Shown: piece after piece, positions 13,866-27,450 of the stretch
How positions within the stretch are numbered: the first letter of the stretch is position 1
Layout: every line of letters starts with the position of its first letter
Source of the DNA: Takakia lepidozioides
Taxonomy: Eukaryota > Plantae > Bryophyta
NCBI GenBank assembly: GCA_030704615.1
Contig: CM060731.1
Location: 4,402,001 to 4,466,000, forward strand
Reading direction: 5' to 3'
DNA length: 64,000 nt
Notes under the pieces: model-generated
The model's database searches: none
The model's input: only the letters and a program-made list of their open reading frames with translations
What the model was told of the DNA's origin: nothing
Made by a program: the position numbers and the translations under genes

Positions 13866-16005
13866 AGACGAATGGCTTCCTTGACAGCTAAACATAGAAT
13901 GACGAGCTATAACTTCCATTGGTTGGATGGAGAATCTGGCAGAGATATGAAGTCCAAGATCCGATGTGGTGGCAAGCTGCGATTCTCATTTTGTTCAATG
14001 CACTGTATTAGGAAATGTCAAGGAGATCTTCTTCAGCCGTTTTCCATTGTTTCGGCTTGTCTGCTTCTGCAAACAGGAAATGATTTGTTGTCTGCAATCA
14101 ACTGATCTTGATCAATTCAAAAGAATCTGACCATGGAAATGGCCTCAAAATGCGTCTAAGTCACGGTTAACAATACAAGCAACATCTGAACGAGGGGATT
14201 CTGCATCCAAGAAGTCCTTCCCCCTAAAAATACAAGGAAAGTTAGTTCTAAGTGAAGCACCATCCACCTCCCCTCTGTCTTCTGCCTTCCTCTCTTAATA
14301 TGGTGGGGACAACACTCCAAAGTCGTTCGCAATGATCTCAGATGAAGTCTGCCATGCGCACGAGATGGTGTGTTGGATTCTCCGGTCAGCTATGTGGGAC
14401 ATCCTACAGCCTGATCGACCGAGCGACGCCAGTAGGATCGCAAGCCTCCTGCTTGTGATGCTCACCGTTTGTGGCCCCGCACAAAATTATCGCAATTGTC
14501 AAACAGGTCATATCCAGAGCCTTTATGAAGCATCACTCTAGTGCGGCGGCCCACAGTACCTGCCAAATTGCATATCAGATTTACACCCTGGGCCATTGGC
14601 TGCGTACACACAACGTTGACGTGGTATCGGTGTGTCGATCACGCAAAGCTGGGACTCCTAGGTTTGACAAGGCATGAAGTTCACGGATTCGCTCCAGATC
14701 AACGGCAGGACCTGTAGGTATGAGGAGTGTCAGATTGCGAGGCCGCAAAGTCAGACATCCAAATCCCCCATTAGCGATGTGTCAGATCTCCTGGAGCCGC
14801 AGAAGCAGCCAGGAAATGGAGGCTTGTCACGTTGGTCGAGTCAAGGTTTACAAAATGGCACCGCAGGTCGCCCCTCCACAATCATTGCTGCGGTGGAAGG
14901 TCGTAGCGTGGCACGTGCAAAGCGACTTTGCTACATTCGCTTGTCCTCTGCAGGTCTAGCTCAAATGGGGGCTAGGTACAAATAGGTTTGCAGGGAAGAT
15001 GGGATCAACTCCAGAGCATGAGGGCCCGGACTGGTCAACATGAAACACATTAAAAGGCCGCCGGCCCGGGCTTGTGGGAAACAGAGGTTCTGTTGCCGGA
15101 CGGACATTCTGTTACTCATTTTTTCCTTGATATAAAGGGTTTGTCATATATAAGGGCAGGTTGTGGAGCTGCGATTCCTTCTCACCTTCTTTTTCGTCTT
15201 GGATGAACGGAGGAGGGATGTGCCCCAGATGATTTAAGGATGGACGGAACCAGGATGAAGTCTGGATGAACTTACACCTTGCGCATGGGGATGAGCTGGC
15301 AAGAGCTTATGACTTTATTAGGTGCTGTCTTATTCTAACAGCTAGTTTACGATTAGATTAGGATGGATTTATGTGATTTGGCTTCTTTCTATGGCTATGT
15401 CGGAAGGGCAAATGGCTGGCCTATATGTGAGTGCCACGCGGCACTAGGATTAGATTACGACCTAATATTATTTAAGCTCCACCGCAGTGGCAATGGGGGT
15501 GGTGGCTTTTGGGTCAACGCTTGGTGTAACGGTGTGCTTGAGTGTGTTGATGAATGCGTTCTGGATGTCCGACTTTGTTGCGTCCTCTTCGTGCGATTCC
15601 GTCTTCTCTGCCAGGCCCATCTATCGACTACATCCTATCCCCCTGATAGGATTAAGTCCGGTAGAGGAAGGGGAACAAACCGATAGCGCCAAAATCAGGC
15701 TTCACAAGGTCTTGAATTTTATTTAAAATATATGTATATATTTCAAATGACTCCAACTTCTCCAACAATTCAGTGCCACCCTCTTTCAATTGAAAAGCGG
15801 CATTGACTGGCTCAAATATATGAATGAATGTAGCCTCATTTTCCTTGAGGGTGACCAGGTAGCCATCACCAACTTGGGCCCGCCTGCATACACGTCCTCA
15901 TATCCCCTCTTATGGTCACTAGGCCTAGCCATGACAAGCCAGGCCTACCTGTCCACACCTCTAACTTGACTGTGGAGGGATTTTGGCGCGCCTTGTGAAG
16001 CTGTC

Positions 16006-16726
16006 CAGTGTTGTGCAGGTCCGGGTTTTGACCTCCAATACCTGGCTGGTTATGGTCCAGGTAACCCGGTCCGGTATTCGTGTCCTCTGGATCCTGACCC
16101 TGATTCACTTCTAAAATGGACCAGGACCCGCCTGCTACGTCCAGAACCAATTATACCCAGCATCTCCGTGGGGCAATGTACCAGGTCGGTCAGGTCCGGG
16201 GTATATATATATATAATTCTTCAAAAATTAAAATGCGATACTTACCTTGTACTTGTGCGCTTGAGAGCAGCCTATTCTCTCACTCGATCAGCTCACCGCA
16301 TGCACTACTCCTCCTCCCCTCTTATCCATTTGGCTTTTTGTTTGTGTAGGGTAGGGCATGTGGGGTCCATTAAATATGTGGTTTGTTTTATACACACATA
16401 TATATAATGCCAACGGGAGCTAGCATAAATGAAGTGATGGCTCTGAAGGGCATGGTATGTAGCAGGGAGGTGTGTATTTCAAAGGTAGCTTGAGGTCTTC
16501 TTTTAGTTTAGACTGTTGTGACAATGGGCATTCCCTCTAATACCTACAATGATGATTGTTAGAGGGGCGGTGTTCCATCCATATTGACGGAGAGCCAAAA
16601 CAAGGGATAATGTTTATCACGTTATACATAATGGACTGGTCCGGACATCTGTCATGACATAAAGTAATTCGATGACAAGAATGGTAAGGGAGGGTTTTCT
16701 AACAATGCACTACCTGCACAACACTA
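16006..16726. mobile_element. Degenerate hAT-type MITE of the same family as 17552-18669
   Basis: Starts CAGTGTTGTGCAGGTCCGGGTTTTGACC, identical to the reverse complement of the 18642-18669 terminus. CCTGCACAACACTA at ~16713-16726. No matching TSD. Confidence 0.5.
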
Positions 16727-17551
16727 GTAAAGACCCGGCCAGGATTTCTTAGTTAGAGAGGATTGCACCTAAATCCTTGCTGATTTTCTTTATGCAGGGG
16801 GAGGCCCTATGATGGTGAGGGGCCTTCCTGGAACTCGAGGCCTAAGCCTACGGGGTGCACCCAACCAACCTGTACCAACCAGGTGCGTGCACAGAGGTAT
16901 TTTTAACCCCCCATGTACAACATTATACATACATAGGGAGAGTAAACAACACTTTGAATATAAGTCTACAGCAAAGGGTTTGCATGATTAGGAGGGTAGC
17001 CTAGTGGTTAGGGACACCATAATTTTTCGAAAACTTCAAAAATATGTATATATCATCACAATGTCTATTTGAGCTCGAGACCGTTTGCACACCACAACCA
17101 CCTCCATACCACTAGGCTAATCCATGACTCTTAATTTTGTAATGTTAAACAATAATATACAAGAAAGACAATTTGTTTTGTTTTGTATCATTGCTGAGAT
17201 CTCCCAAACCACGGGCCCAACCCTGGTGTTTTGTATCATTGGAAAGCCCTCGATGAGGTGGGTGCACCGGCTTGGTCTCATAATTTTGGAACTTGCGGTG
17301 TGGGAGATATGAAATTTCAAGTACTTTTGTTGGTTGGAAACTCACAAAATTTAGCAAAATGGGCTTTCTTGCAACAATTACTGACCTTTTATTTGTCATT
17401 TGTACACGGGGACATAAATGTAAATAATTGGGATTTCTTTTCAAATATGGCATGAACACAATATTGTTTGTAGGGTCCTTGAGATCTCCCAAACCGCGGG
17501 GCCTCTAGCCATGATTTTGGTATCGTTGGAAAGCCCTCAATGAGTAGGGAT

Positions 17552-18669
17552 CAGTGTTGTGCGGGTTGAGCCTTTTTAAGGAACCTGCCGGGTCCGGGTA
17601 CGGGTATTTTTTTGGAGCCTAGTCCGGGTCCGGATCCGGGTTTTTGAAATTTGGAAAATACAGGTCCGGGTTCGGGTCCGGGTTTCTCAATACTGACTCG
17701 GATCAGGGTCCGGGTAGTTGTTGGAAAATATTAGCGGGGTTCGGGTCCGGGTCCTAGTTAATGTATTAAATAAATTAGAAAAATAAGATTAATTAGGGTT
17801 AAAAATATTTTTGGCTGAAATTAAATTAAATCCTAATAATGAATTTTATTTTAGGACACATTCCTTCAAAAAGTACCATGAATATGTATTGCTCATTTAA
17901 CATAAGAAATTGAGTTCCATTCTTCAATATCAATTCTGAAACATGTTAACAATAGTAATATGTCTCAAGGCTCATAGTTTTTTTTTTTTTTTAATTTAAA
18001 TTTAAAGAAACCTAGGAGCGACGCCCACAATTCAGGCCCTTGAGGAGGAGGGTAAACTAACCCCCTTTCATTTATGGGCCATGAGGCCTACATGACGATC
18101 AACACCCACATATGTGGTCACAAACAATCCCACATGCGGGGCAATGCGGCGTGTTTGAACCCGACCCACCGGGGCGATACACCGTGCACTTACCAGCTGA
18201 GCTACCAGCCGATGTGCCTCATAGATTACTATAGCATGGATGTGTGGGAGCCAGCCTCATAATAATAACATATGACTACTCCTTCGCGAGGTATAAATTA
18301 TGGTGTCACTAGATCTTGAAGGGCACAACTTTGTGACACCAATCCCTGGATTAAACCCACAACCACTTTTGAGGTGGTATGTGCCTACAACGCTGGTAGG
18401 CTGCTGCAGCAGCCCATTGTTGGACACATTGCTACCAGATATAAGGTGGACCCGTATGCCCCACTTGAAATTTTGACCCGGACCCTAACCCGCTACACTT
18501 GACCGCGAGTAGCGGGTTTATTGGGTTCTGGACCCAGCAGGCGGGTCTGGGTTCGGTTCCAGGTTCATTTTAGACATGAAACCGGGTCAGGGTCTGGGAT
18601 AGGGTCTGGGTAACCCGGATCCTAACCCGCCGGATACCCTTGGTCAAAACCCGGACCTGCACAACACTG
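17552..18669. mobile_element. Non-autonomous hAT-superfamily element (MITE-like)
   Basis: TIRs CAGTGTTGTGCGGG / CCTGCACAACACTG; perfect 8-bp TSD GTAGGGAT at 17544-17551 and 18670-18677; subterminal CCGGGT/ACCCGG motif clusters. Confidence 0.9.
17978..18217 (-). mobile_element. tRNA-derived SINE inserted in the hAT MITE
   Basis: Minus-strand head has A-box TAGCTCAGCTGG (18193-18204) and B-box GGTTCAAAC (18153-18161). Poly(A) tail is the T-run at 17978-17992. TSD CTCATAG at 17971-17977 and 18218-18224. Confidence 0.85.
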
Positions 18670-21222
18670 GTAGGGATGCACCGACTTGGTTTCATAAAAT
18701 TTGGACCTACAGGGCGAGGTCTGTTTTTAAATGAATAAACTTGATATAATAAAAAAAAATACATATACATATTTGAGGGTGTTTTTTAATGGTTGAAAAG
18801 GGAAACATACATACAATAGGGGGTACTTTTTAGAAATTACAAATTCATATATATTTAGAGGAGGGGGTTTTATAATCTTCAAAATGTATGTACCGAGGGG
18901 GTATAAATGATCCAAGGACCCGTATACAGGGGGTTTTTTTTATTAGGCGGCGAACGCACGTGATATGGACATTTTATAAAGAGTGCACCCCCCAAGGGGC
19001 CTAAGGCACTCGGCTACCACCTCGGGCCCCTCATTTCAGGAAGGCCCCGTCCTCAAGCCTCACCCTACACCTAACCCACCCTCTCCTAGTCTTCGGGTGG
19101 ACCCAAGTAGGGACGAGCCCCCTTAAGTAGGTCTTGGGCGGTAAGAGGCAAGTGGTGACCGAGCGGCCTGGCAACCAAGGCTGGAAGTACATATGCAGCT
19201 CCGGAAGGCAGTAGCCCTTGTGGTGAAGTGACACCATAAGTTACGTTCTTTCAGGAGGCGTCATACTTCTTGTTCTTCCAGCTCTGACATGGGTAAAAAC
19301 TAAAAACCTTCCAAATTTTTGTAGTGTATTCATAGGGTAAATTTTGGATTTTGCCCATCATGCTGCATAAGGCCTAGGAAGAGGGTCAAAAATTCAAAAA
19401 ATTCAACGGTTTTTAGTTTTTACATGGGGGAAGTCTCCTCCACATTAGACTTTGGGACACCAACTGGGGCTACTGACCTCCTTAGCGGGACCTCAATCCG
19501 GGAAGCAATGGGGGAGAGGACTTCAACTATACATGAAGTTTGTATTTTTGGATTTCCCGAAAGTTCGTCTGGCCAGGGGGATGCCATCTTGTGCGTGGCA
19601 TCTTTCCAGTAAATAAGTTAGTGGCACACCTTTTTAGTTGAGGGGAGGTGCCATTTCGAGGCCCTGGGTAAGGGGGGGACCAGGCCGTTTAGAGCTGTGC
19701 TTAAAAAGTTCAGGAAAGATTCTTTGGACCAGAAAAATATCCTATAATGATTTGCTAGATAGGAGCAAAGATTCTCTACCTTGGAATGTGAGGATGCCCG
19801 GGGAAAAATTGCATACGAATGTCTTTTTACCCCATGCTTTCACCGCACCCTAGGTCTAGATCATGAGGTTTTCATCCATCAATGTATTCTACAACCTGTA
19901 TTTTGCATGAGGGCAGAGTGTCACTGTATGTTAAGAGACAATTAGGGCATGGGGGGACAAAATGACAAAATGCCTCTCTTGCCCCCTAACAAACAAACAC
20001 ACGTATATGGTAAGTAAAGGTTATAGAATACATGAACAGATGAAAATATCATCATCTAGACCCCAGTAAGGTCAAAGAACATTCTTCTATATCCTAACCT
20101 TGGCATCCTCCCAGGGTAAACAATATTTCCCTTGGGCCGTAGAATCATTATAAAATATTTCCCAAGCTTTAGAATCTTATTCCCAAGAAAGAATCTTTTC
20201 TAGCTTTCTGTTGCAAATACATGCATCTTTTGGATTCCAAAGCCTAGAGCACAATCACCTATAGATGAAATAGGAAAATACAAGTGTTGGGCGTTAACCG
20301 CCTGGACCCAGCTGACTCGCCGGTTATCTGTTGGTTACAGTTCCGGTTATAAGGTACAGGATTGGAACCGGACGGACTCCTACTGAACCAGACCCGAAAC
20401 CGCCCAATAGGGATCAGCGCAGAATCGGAACCTAAGTAGCCATACCGACAGATCAGCTCTAGTTGTGTTGATTAAAGACCCTTCACACTTGCTGATATGC
20501 TACCAATGTAGAATAGGATAACATTACGAGATCTCATTTGTCATGGTTTTAGTCATGGTTATCTAGAATTACCTACTTCTAGTTAACTAGGACATTTTAG
20601 ATGTTTATATTTATATTTTGTGTGTTGGGACTCCATTTGGTCTCACATGCCTCCATGAGCCTCTCTCACCTCCATAGCTCTAGGTATTGAGAGGGAGTGT
20701 GGTGAGTGCTTTGTAGGGTGGATTCCCTTAGCAAGGGTGCCCTTGGCTTGACTTAGTTTATGTGATCGAGTGGATTCATGAGTGGAGGGTTTCCATTATG
20801 TTCACTTTCATTATCATTGTGGTATAGCTTTCTAGGATTGTATGCTTAGATTGTGTGGTGGACAACGATGTATGTTGTGGCACGATGCTTAGGTGCATGA
20901 CACATTTTTTCACCTGGACCTAATTTTTTTTCATGGTTTCGGTAACTACTTGTTAGCAGCATACTGTCACCATTCATACTTGGTGATAAGTAGACCATGT
21001 CGTAAGCTCTCAAACTCACACACGATATTCCTGTTCATGAAACAAACACACGATAACATGGTTGATAGATTGTAATTGAGGACTGTCACAACCTGTCCAA
21101 CTCCTCCTTCTTTCTAGCAGCGCATCATCATTGCTTAGATCGCTCAATTCTTGTGTTCTCGGTCTGTGAATTCAGCAATTCTCTTTAAATCTTGTCAGAC
21201 TAGGTTTGAGCAATTCAGCAGC

Positions 21223-22581
21223 ATGAGGCCACTTAAGGTAATTTTGTTGGCGCAGTTCTTTCAGATCGTTTTGGAAGCACAAACATCCTTAACCTTGTGT
21301 TACGAGTCAAATTTGAGTCTCTCTGAATTTCCTTTTGACGCACCTTCGGAGACTTCCTCATGTGGTGCAAAACCAATGAGTTCATCATGGTGTAAAACAA
21401 ATCTTTCTCGTTTCCATGAATTCTTGAATAATCAAGAGCTTGGGGATTGGGTGAAAGCCAGGTCCACAGCTTGGTACTTTGAATTCCTCATGACACAGTT
21501 CGAAGACTCCAGGTGGATTGAACACTTCCGAATGAGTAGAGATTTTGTCGGTCTATTGACTGAAAAATTGAAGCCCCTCATCGAAAAGAAAGATACTCGG
21601 TATCGGTGTGCAATACCTGTGGGTATACGTGTAGCATGTTCTCTTTACAAACTTGCTCATGGAGCAGAATACCTACAGTGTTCCGAAATGTTTGCCATTG
21701 GCAAATCGACAGTACACTTGTGTCTGCGAGAATTTGTTTGTTCGTAGTATTCAAGAGCCAGATAAAATGGCCAGAGGGAGATGACCTAGCAACGGTCATG
21801 GGAGGCTTTAAGGATTTTTGCGGCCTACCTGCCATACATGGAGCGATTGATGTCACCCAGATTCATATGCAGAAACCACGAGGGTCATTTGCAGGTGATT
21901 ACTTCTCATACAAAAGCAAAGCTTACTTCATGCAACTTCAAGCTATCGTGGATCGCCAGAAAAAATTCAGAGATGTTTTTGTAGGCATGCCTGGATCTAT
22001 GAACGATTCAAGAATCCTCAGGTTGTCGAGTTTATATCAAAGAGCCAAGAATCTTTTCCATCTTGACCGTGGTGTAGAGGGGATTAAGCCATACTTAATT
22101 GGTGACAAAAGTTATCCTCTATTGCCATGGGTACTCATACCTCATAAGCAAGGAGCAAATATCCACCACACTGTTCTAGAGGCATTGTACAATAACACCT
22201 TTGTCGAGGATACAGTGTGGTAGAGAACTCATTCGGCATACTAAAGAAAAGTTTTAGGGAACTGCTACTAAAGACTAATCTCCACTTGTTCCTACTTGAT
22301 GTGGTAGTATGCTGTTGCATTTTTTACAATATGATCCTCGGAGGAAGGATGCAGACATTGAAAGACTGATGGATCAACTCGAAATGGAAAACAATGTTAA
22401 CAATGTGCAACATGACCTTCTTGGTCGGAGACAAGTTCCTGCCAACAACGAACAGCGGATCCCAGCTGAGAATGTTGTCGATTATGAAGCTGAACCAGGA
22501 TTGCAGGGTGCAGAGATTTCAGGAATCGATCGGCGTTTAGCTCTAGAGCGATATCTTGGAAATAGACCAGTGCGTAGATGA
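21223..22581 (+). pseudogene. Harbinger (HARBI1/DDE_Tnp_4-like) transposase, frameshifted
   Basis: Motifs WIEHFRMSR, RVACSLYKLAHG...FAIGKSTV, GAIDVTQI, YFSYKSK, GMPGSMNDSRIL, LIGDKSYPLLPW and VVENSFGILKK. Frame breaks near 21745, 22200 and 22320. Confidence 0.92.
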
Positions 22582-23342
22582 GTACATTGACTCAACAATA
22601 TCAAGCTGATTTGCATTTCAATTGAAGAATTCAGATTTGTAGATCAAAGACCATGAGCCCTCCTGTAAGGCAGACAACATATTCACATTTCAAATGATTC
22701 AAAAATATGGATGAGCTACTTGAGATGTATCCAATCTCCCTTGACAAGCTCATTAAGTAAAACATGGTCCATGTCCTATGTTCTCCCCATAGCTTCTTTG
22801 CTCTTTTCAATGGGCTGGATCTACCCAAGTGCTCACATGGAGCAAGGGCAATAATACCAACTAGTACAATTTATCTAATAGAAGAGAAAGAGCCATTAAC
22901 CACTAGTGAAAACAGACACCCAATTGAAAATAGATGATATCATAAGCTCATTTACTGAACCCCGAAGCTTATTGCCAAAACAATTACGCATGTTCCCTGT
23001 CTGGAATTATCCTCACGCTCAAGTATCCCAATTCATGGCCATCACACAATATACATGCAAAGAGGCACAACCTATTGTTTGTACATAAGCCCAAGAGATA
23101 TAAAATTAACAATATAAAAAAATGCTCCAGGCAGCAAAGACAGTAATTGGTTCTTGATAGAAAACTATGCTGCATTTGTACTTAACCATGGAAGCCCAGA
23201 CAGAATCAAGCATGTAAACCCACATTCCAAAGTTTCTCTTAAGCAGGCCCCATTGGATATCATAATCAAGATAGACACCCAGACTTACACTACCGTAACA
23301 CACAACGGTAGGATCCTTGGATTCAACAACCTACCTATATGT

Positions 23343-25031
23343 ACTCTACAAGCTAGTGCGTGAGCGCGCTCACGTTTAGCGCACTAAGTGTGAGCAGACT
23401 TCGTTAAGCGTGAGCATATTCCAATATTGTATCATTTTAATCTGTCACTATGATCAGACATGTTTGGGGTTTGATAGGGATCACCAGCAGGCAAACAACG
23501 TGAGCACATAAGGGAAGCGGAGCCTATAGCCGTAGGAAAAGCAGGACCTATTGTCGTGGGAGCAATGTTGAGTGGAACGGAGGGAAACATACGATGTCTG
23601 GGACTTAAGATGTCGAGTTCTATGCATGAAAATTTGAGAGGAATGTGCGGCGAAATTCTTAAGGATGAATAGCTACGTGGAATGCATGAATGTAGGATGA
23701 ATGTAGGATGACAAAAGATGGATGATTGAACCATGGATAACAGCAACACGAGGTTGATTTCCGAGTGGACGTGGATGAGTAAGTGTTTTTTTCTTTTTTA
23801 TTTTTTATTTTTGGAAAAACAAATATGCTTTCATTTCTCAAATCAAGGTTGCGTAAACGCAAAGTTGATTTGCAACCTGCGAATTTATTTTATTTTATTT
23901 TTGACAAAAATTTAGATGATGCAAATCAACCTTACGTTGACGCAAGGTTGATTTGAGAAATGAAAGCATCCTTTTTCCAAATTTTAAAAATTATTTAAAA
24001 TAATAATAATTATTATAATTATTATTATTATTATTATTATTATTTAAAAAAAAAAACAATGAAGTCCTTGGATGCAAATCACCAATTTCGAGGTTTTGAA
24101 CTAGAAACCTCCATAGGCTTCTCGGGGTTTGCTGGAATCAAATAAACTGGATGTTTGGAGTCTTGCGTTGACGCAACCTTGATCTGAGAAATTAAAGCAT
24201 TTTTTGCACTGTTTTTTGCATTTTGTATGGGCAAATCAACCTTGCGTTAACGCAAGGTTGATTTGAGAAATGAAAGCATCAAAAAAATTGAAGTCGCATG
24301 ATACAAATGAACCTTGCGTTGACGCAAGGTTGATTTGAGAAATGAAAGCATCATTTTTCAAAAAACAATTGAAGTCGCAAGATGCAAATCAACCTTGCGT
24401 TGACGAAACCTTGATTTGAGAAATGAAATCATCTTTTTTGCACTGTTTTTTGTATTTTGTATGGGACACAATCAAGGTTGCATTAACGCAACCTTGATTA
24501 TGCTATGGATTTCAATCGCCTCTTTCGGAAGATAAATCTTCGTCTTGCTTAGTGTTTCGTGTCTTCTAGTTTTTTGGGAAGTTCAGGGATCAATCTTGCA
24601 TCAACGCGATATTGCTTACAAGGGGGTTTAATGGGAGTTAACAAGCACCTGTTGCATCTATGTTTTCTGAATGTATGGTTCAGGTACATCTACCATATCC
24701 TCATTCCGGGGAAGTACCTGAGCGATGAACCTCGATAATACATGCAGTCTTTAACCATCCACACATCCATTGTTCATGCATTGCGATGTCTATCCATCAG
24801 CCATCTCGCATTCAACCATTCATGAATTATTCATCCAGCAGTCATCCAAGTACACATGATATGTACACTTATTCCCGTGGAAATAGGTCTCTCGGGGCTT
24901 CCTCATCCACGATTGTAGGCCCATGCACCCTACTACGTGAGCATATTTTGCTCACGGATTGGCATCTTCCCGCTCACGCATCTTTCCGCTCACGGACTAG
25001 CAATCCCCCGCGATGGTAAACTTATTATAGA
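23343..25031. mobile_element. Non-autonomous fold-back element with asymmetric subterminal inverted repeats, nested in the Harbinger
   Basis: GCTAGTGCGTGAGCG (23352-23366) versus CGCTCACGGACTAGC (24987-25001), 14/15 inverted match. Degenerate longer inverted arms (~23530-23740 versus ~24750-24930) and a central palindrome array. Exact ends are uncertain. Confidence 0.65.
23826..24500. repeat. Array of ~7 hairpin units AAATCAA(CC/GG)TTGCGT-NN-ACGCAA(GG/CC)TTGATTT-GAGAAATGAAAGCAT
   Basis: Copies near 23826 (reverse orientation), 23923, 24161, 24233, 24305, 24385 and 24470, separated by AT-rich spacers. An (ATT)n microsatellite lies at ~24010-24045. Confidence 0.9.
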
Positions 25032-26320
25032 TTGCAGGCAACCAGAACAAGCATCTCGATATACTACAATATATCCATACTAGATAAATTTGCAAGATAA
25101 TGTGGAAACATAGAGATGTTGGAAACCAGGCCTACATACTTCAAAGTATCATAATAAAGCCTATGGAATCAATGGGGAAGTCGTACAACGCTGGAGACAA
25201 ACCTATTCTTCTCATTTCCAGAATCATACCTCCACTAGCTACATCTATATGTGCTATTCACTGATCACAACACCCCACGATCTGTAATTCCCATCTCTGC
25301 ATTAATGAATTTCAAATGGACCCTCGCAGGAAGAAGAATCTTAAAATTATCCACATGAAAAGCGGGGGAGATGGACCAGAATATTATGCACAGGGAATCA
25401 ATGAAAACATTACCCTTCCAGATTTATGACTCAGTGCTCAGTCAATTTTCCACATAATTGTCAGACTGTGCCAAAAGAAACCCTTGGTAGAGGGATGATA
25501 AGACTTTGCCAATAAAAACTGGCACGAAGTCTATCATAGAAGGGAGACTGTAAGAAGACCTAAAACTACCAGCTCATTCCTGGCGGATTGAGTCTCACAA
25601 TGGTGTGACTGGGAGTCACGAGCAGCCAGCGAAAACTACCTATACTTAGCCTAAGTACTAGCAAAGAATGCAACTCTTTGAAATGTGATACAGGAACCGT
25701 GGGAACAGGCACTGCCTAGTAACGCTTGCAGATATTATTCAACAAGATATTGACGTCATTTTGAAGATGTCAATCATTAGTGGGCTGTCAATTCCACTGT
25801 CACAAAGTGGAGGAGCATCTTCAATAGCATTCGTCTGGTGCCTAAAAGGATGATGTGCCAAAATGCCCTAAGTGGGTGTTGATTAATCCCTCAGTGTGAG
25901 CAACTTCAGCATGTGATGTGTTCTCAATGGCATACAACATTCTTATATCAAAGCAAGAGCACCATTTCTCCATCTTCGTGATTCTCCATCTTGCATCACC
26001 AATCCCTGCTCCCCCTTAGGCAATGGTTCCAGATAAATCACGACACCCAGTTACCATCAAATGAGGATATGGAAGCCTTTGTTGATGCTTATGGTAGCCA
26101 TATCACTGTTTGCTCCCCTTGCCTGAAACCCAAAGCCAAGTCTCCCTCTTTGTTCCGAAATCTTCTTGCTGTATATACCAAAAATTGAATCGATTTTCAA
26201 TTGGATACAATTTGAAAATCTTGTAAAGCTATCACTATGAGCTCCAAAGTCTTACTACTAAAAATGCAATCGAATCCTGTACAGGTATCAGTATGAGCTC
26301 CAAAGCCTATTGTACTCTCA

Positions 26321-27450
26321 TCAGTGAGTGGCCTGGCCATTTTCTGGTTCTTTGTCAGAGTCTGAAGATGGACCCATTATCACTGGAGCAGGAATAAGGT
26401 TCTTGTCCTGAATAAAAGCGTGACACATAGTTGTGCTCAAATTTGAGAGTACAGTCACCATCTCCTTGCCACTTCTGTGAATTTTTCTATCTCTATGCTT
26501 GAGGTAGGAGAGTTGTTCCTTGGCAGTGCGCTCTTGGACATTACTGCGGCGCTCCTCGATCTCCAATTGTGTGAGGTTTATACGGTCCATAGCTTCTATA
26601 ATCACCTTGTTGCTTTGGTCATTGGATTCGACAATTGATGTAAACACATTAGACCGCTTGTGCTTAACGCCAGTACTCCCAATGGTTGGAGTTGTCTCCG
26701 GTGGAGCAGGTCTTACGGGATAAGCACGTTATCTTTGGTGGAGCGCATCTGGGGGGGACTATCTGCCTAGGAGCATCATCAGATAGACTCACAATATGAG
26801 GGTAATGAGCCAGTGTGTTCTCAGAGAGCTCATCCAAATTGACAACAGGTATCCGCTGTGCATTGTCAGATTCTCCACGTTTCTGTTGTTCTAGTACATA
26901 GTCATCGCCAGGAAAATCTTGCATAAGCAAACGTTGTGGTTATACTGAATCACATTGCTCTTCTTGTGTCTCCACATCCGGTATTGATGCACTGTAATTA
27001 CCGTCCCTAGGGGCGTTCAAGTCCCGCACGTGGAGTGATGCATTGATTATGCGCTCTCCATGGAATGCCTCAATGGCGTCGTAGAAATCCTTGTTGAACT
27101 AACGTGGTCAGTGAGCCTGGTCACGCTCATCAATCGTCATGTCCCAATAAGAAGTATTGTGGCCAGTTCCCTTATGATAATCTGACACCTTTTTGTAGTC
27201 AGAATTCAAGCTGTTCCACTTGTCTTTAGACATCTTGCCGTTTCGAGGCACCATAGCCTTCACTATTTTCTGGAGTTCCTCCGCAATTTTGGCCCACTTC
27301 ACTGCCGCAGGCACCATGTGTGCCCTAGGATCGACAAGTGCCTTCTGTGCCACATGCTCATCATGCTTGCATTTGATCAAAGCAAGCACTTCATTGTGCT
27401 CCCAATTGCTCTACCTCTGCCTTCCCGAATTATTAGCTGCTCCTCAGCCT
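26321..27450 (-). pseudogene. Harbinger accessory Myb/SANT-like (trihelix-type) DNA-binding protein, disrupted
   Basis: NWEHNEVLALIKCK...KWAKIAEEL...RNGKMSKDKWNSLNSDYKKVSDYHKGTG...YWDM, then after a frameshift RxFNKDFYDAIEAF; C-terminal coiled-coil ORF at 26321-26647. Confidence 0.85.

Larger units (their letters stand above)
17190..18730. repeat. Host repeat with two copies of a GAGATCTCCCAAAC...TTGGAAAGCCCTC.ATGAG..GG.TGCACCG.CTTGGT.TCATAA module; the second copy is split by the hAT MITE
   Basis: 17196-17295 aligns with 17481-17551 joined to 18678-18710. Confidence 0.6.

Noticed and set aside
14250-15730. Short overlapping ORFs downstream of the carrier gene
   Set aside because: No recognisable motifs; probably decayed repeat sequence or chance ORFs.
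18140-18217. tRNA gene
   Set aside because: A and B boxes are present but there is no complete cloverleaf; the unrelated body, poly(A) tail and TSD indicate a SINE.
19280-20460. Several imperfect inverted repeats, probably MITE remnants
   Set aside because: Ends and TSDs could not be defined with confidence.
23826-24500. CRISPR-like array of palindromic repeats
   Set aside because: Spacers are irregular in length, low-complexity and partly duplicated; there are no cas genes and the context is eukaryotic TE DNA.
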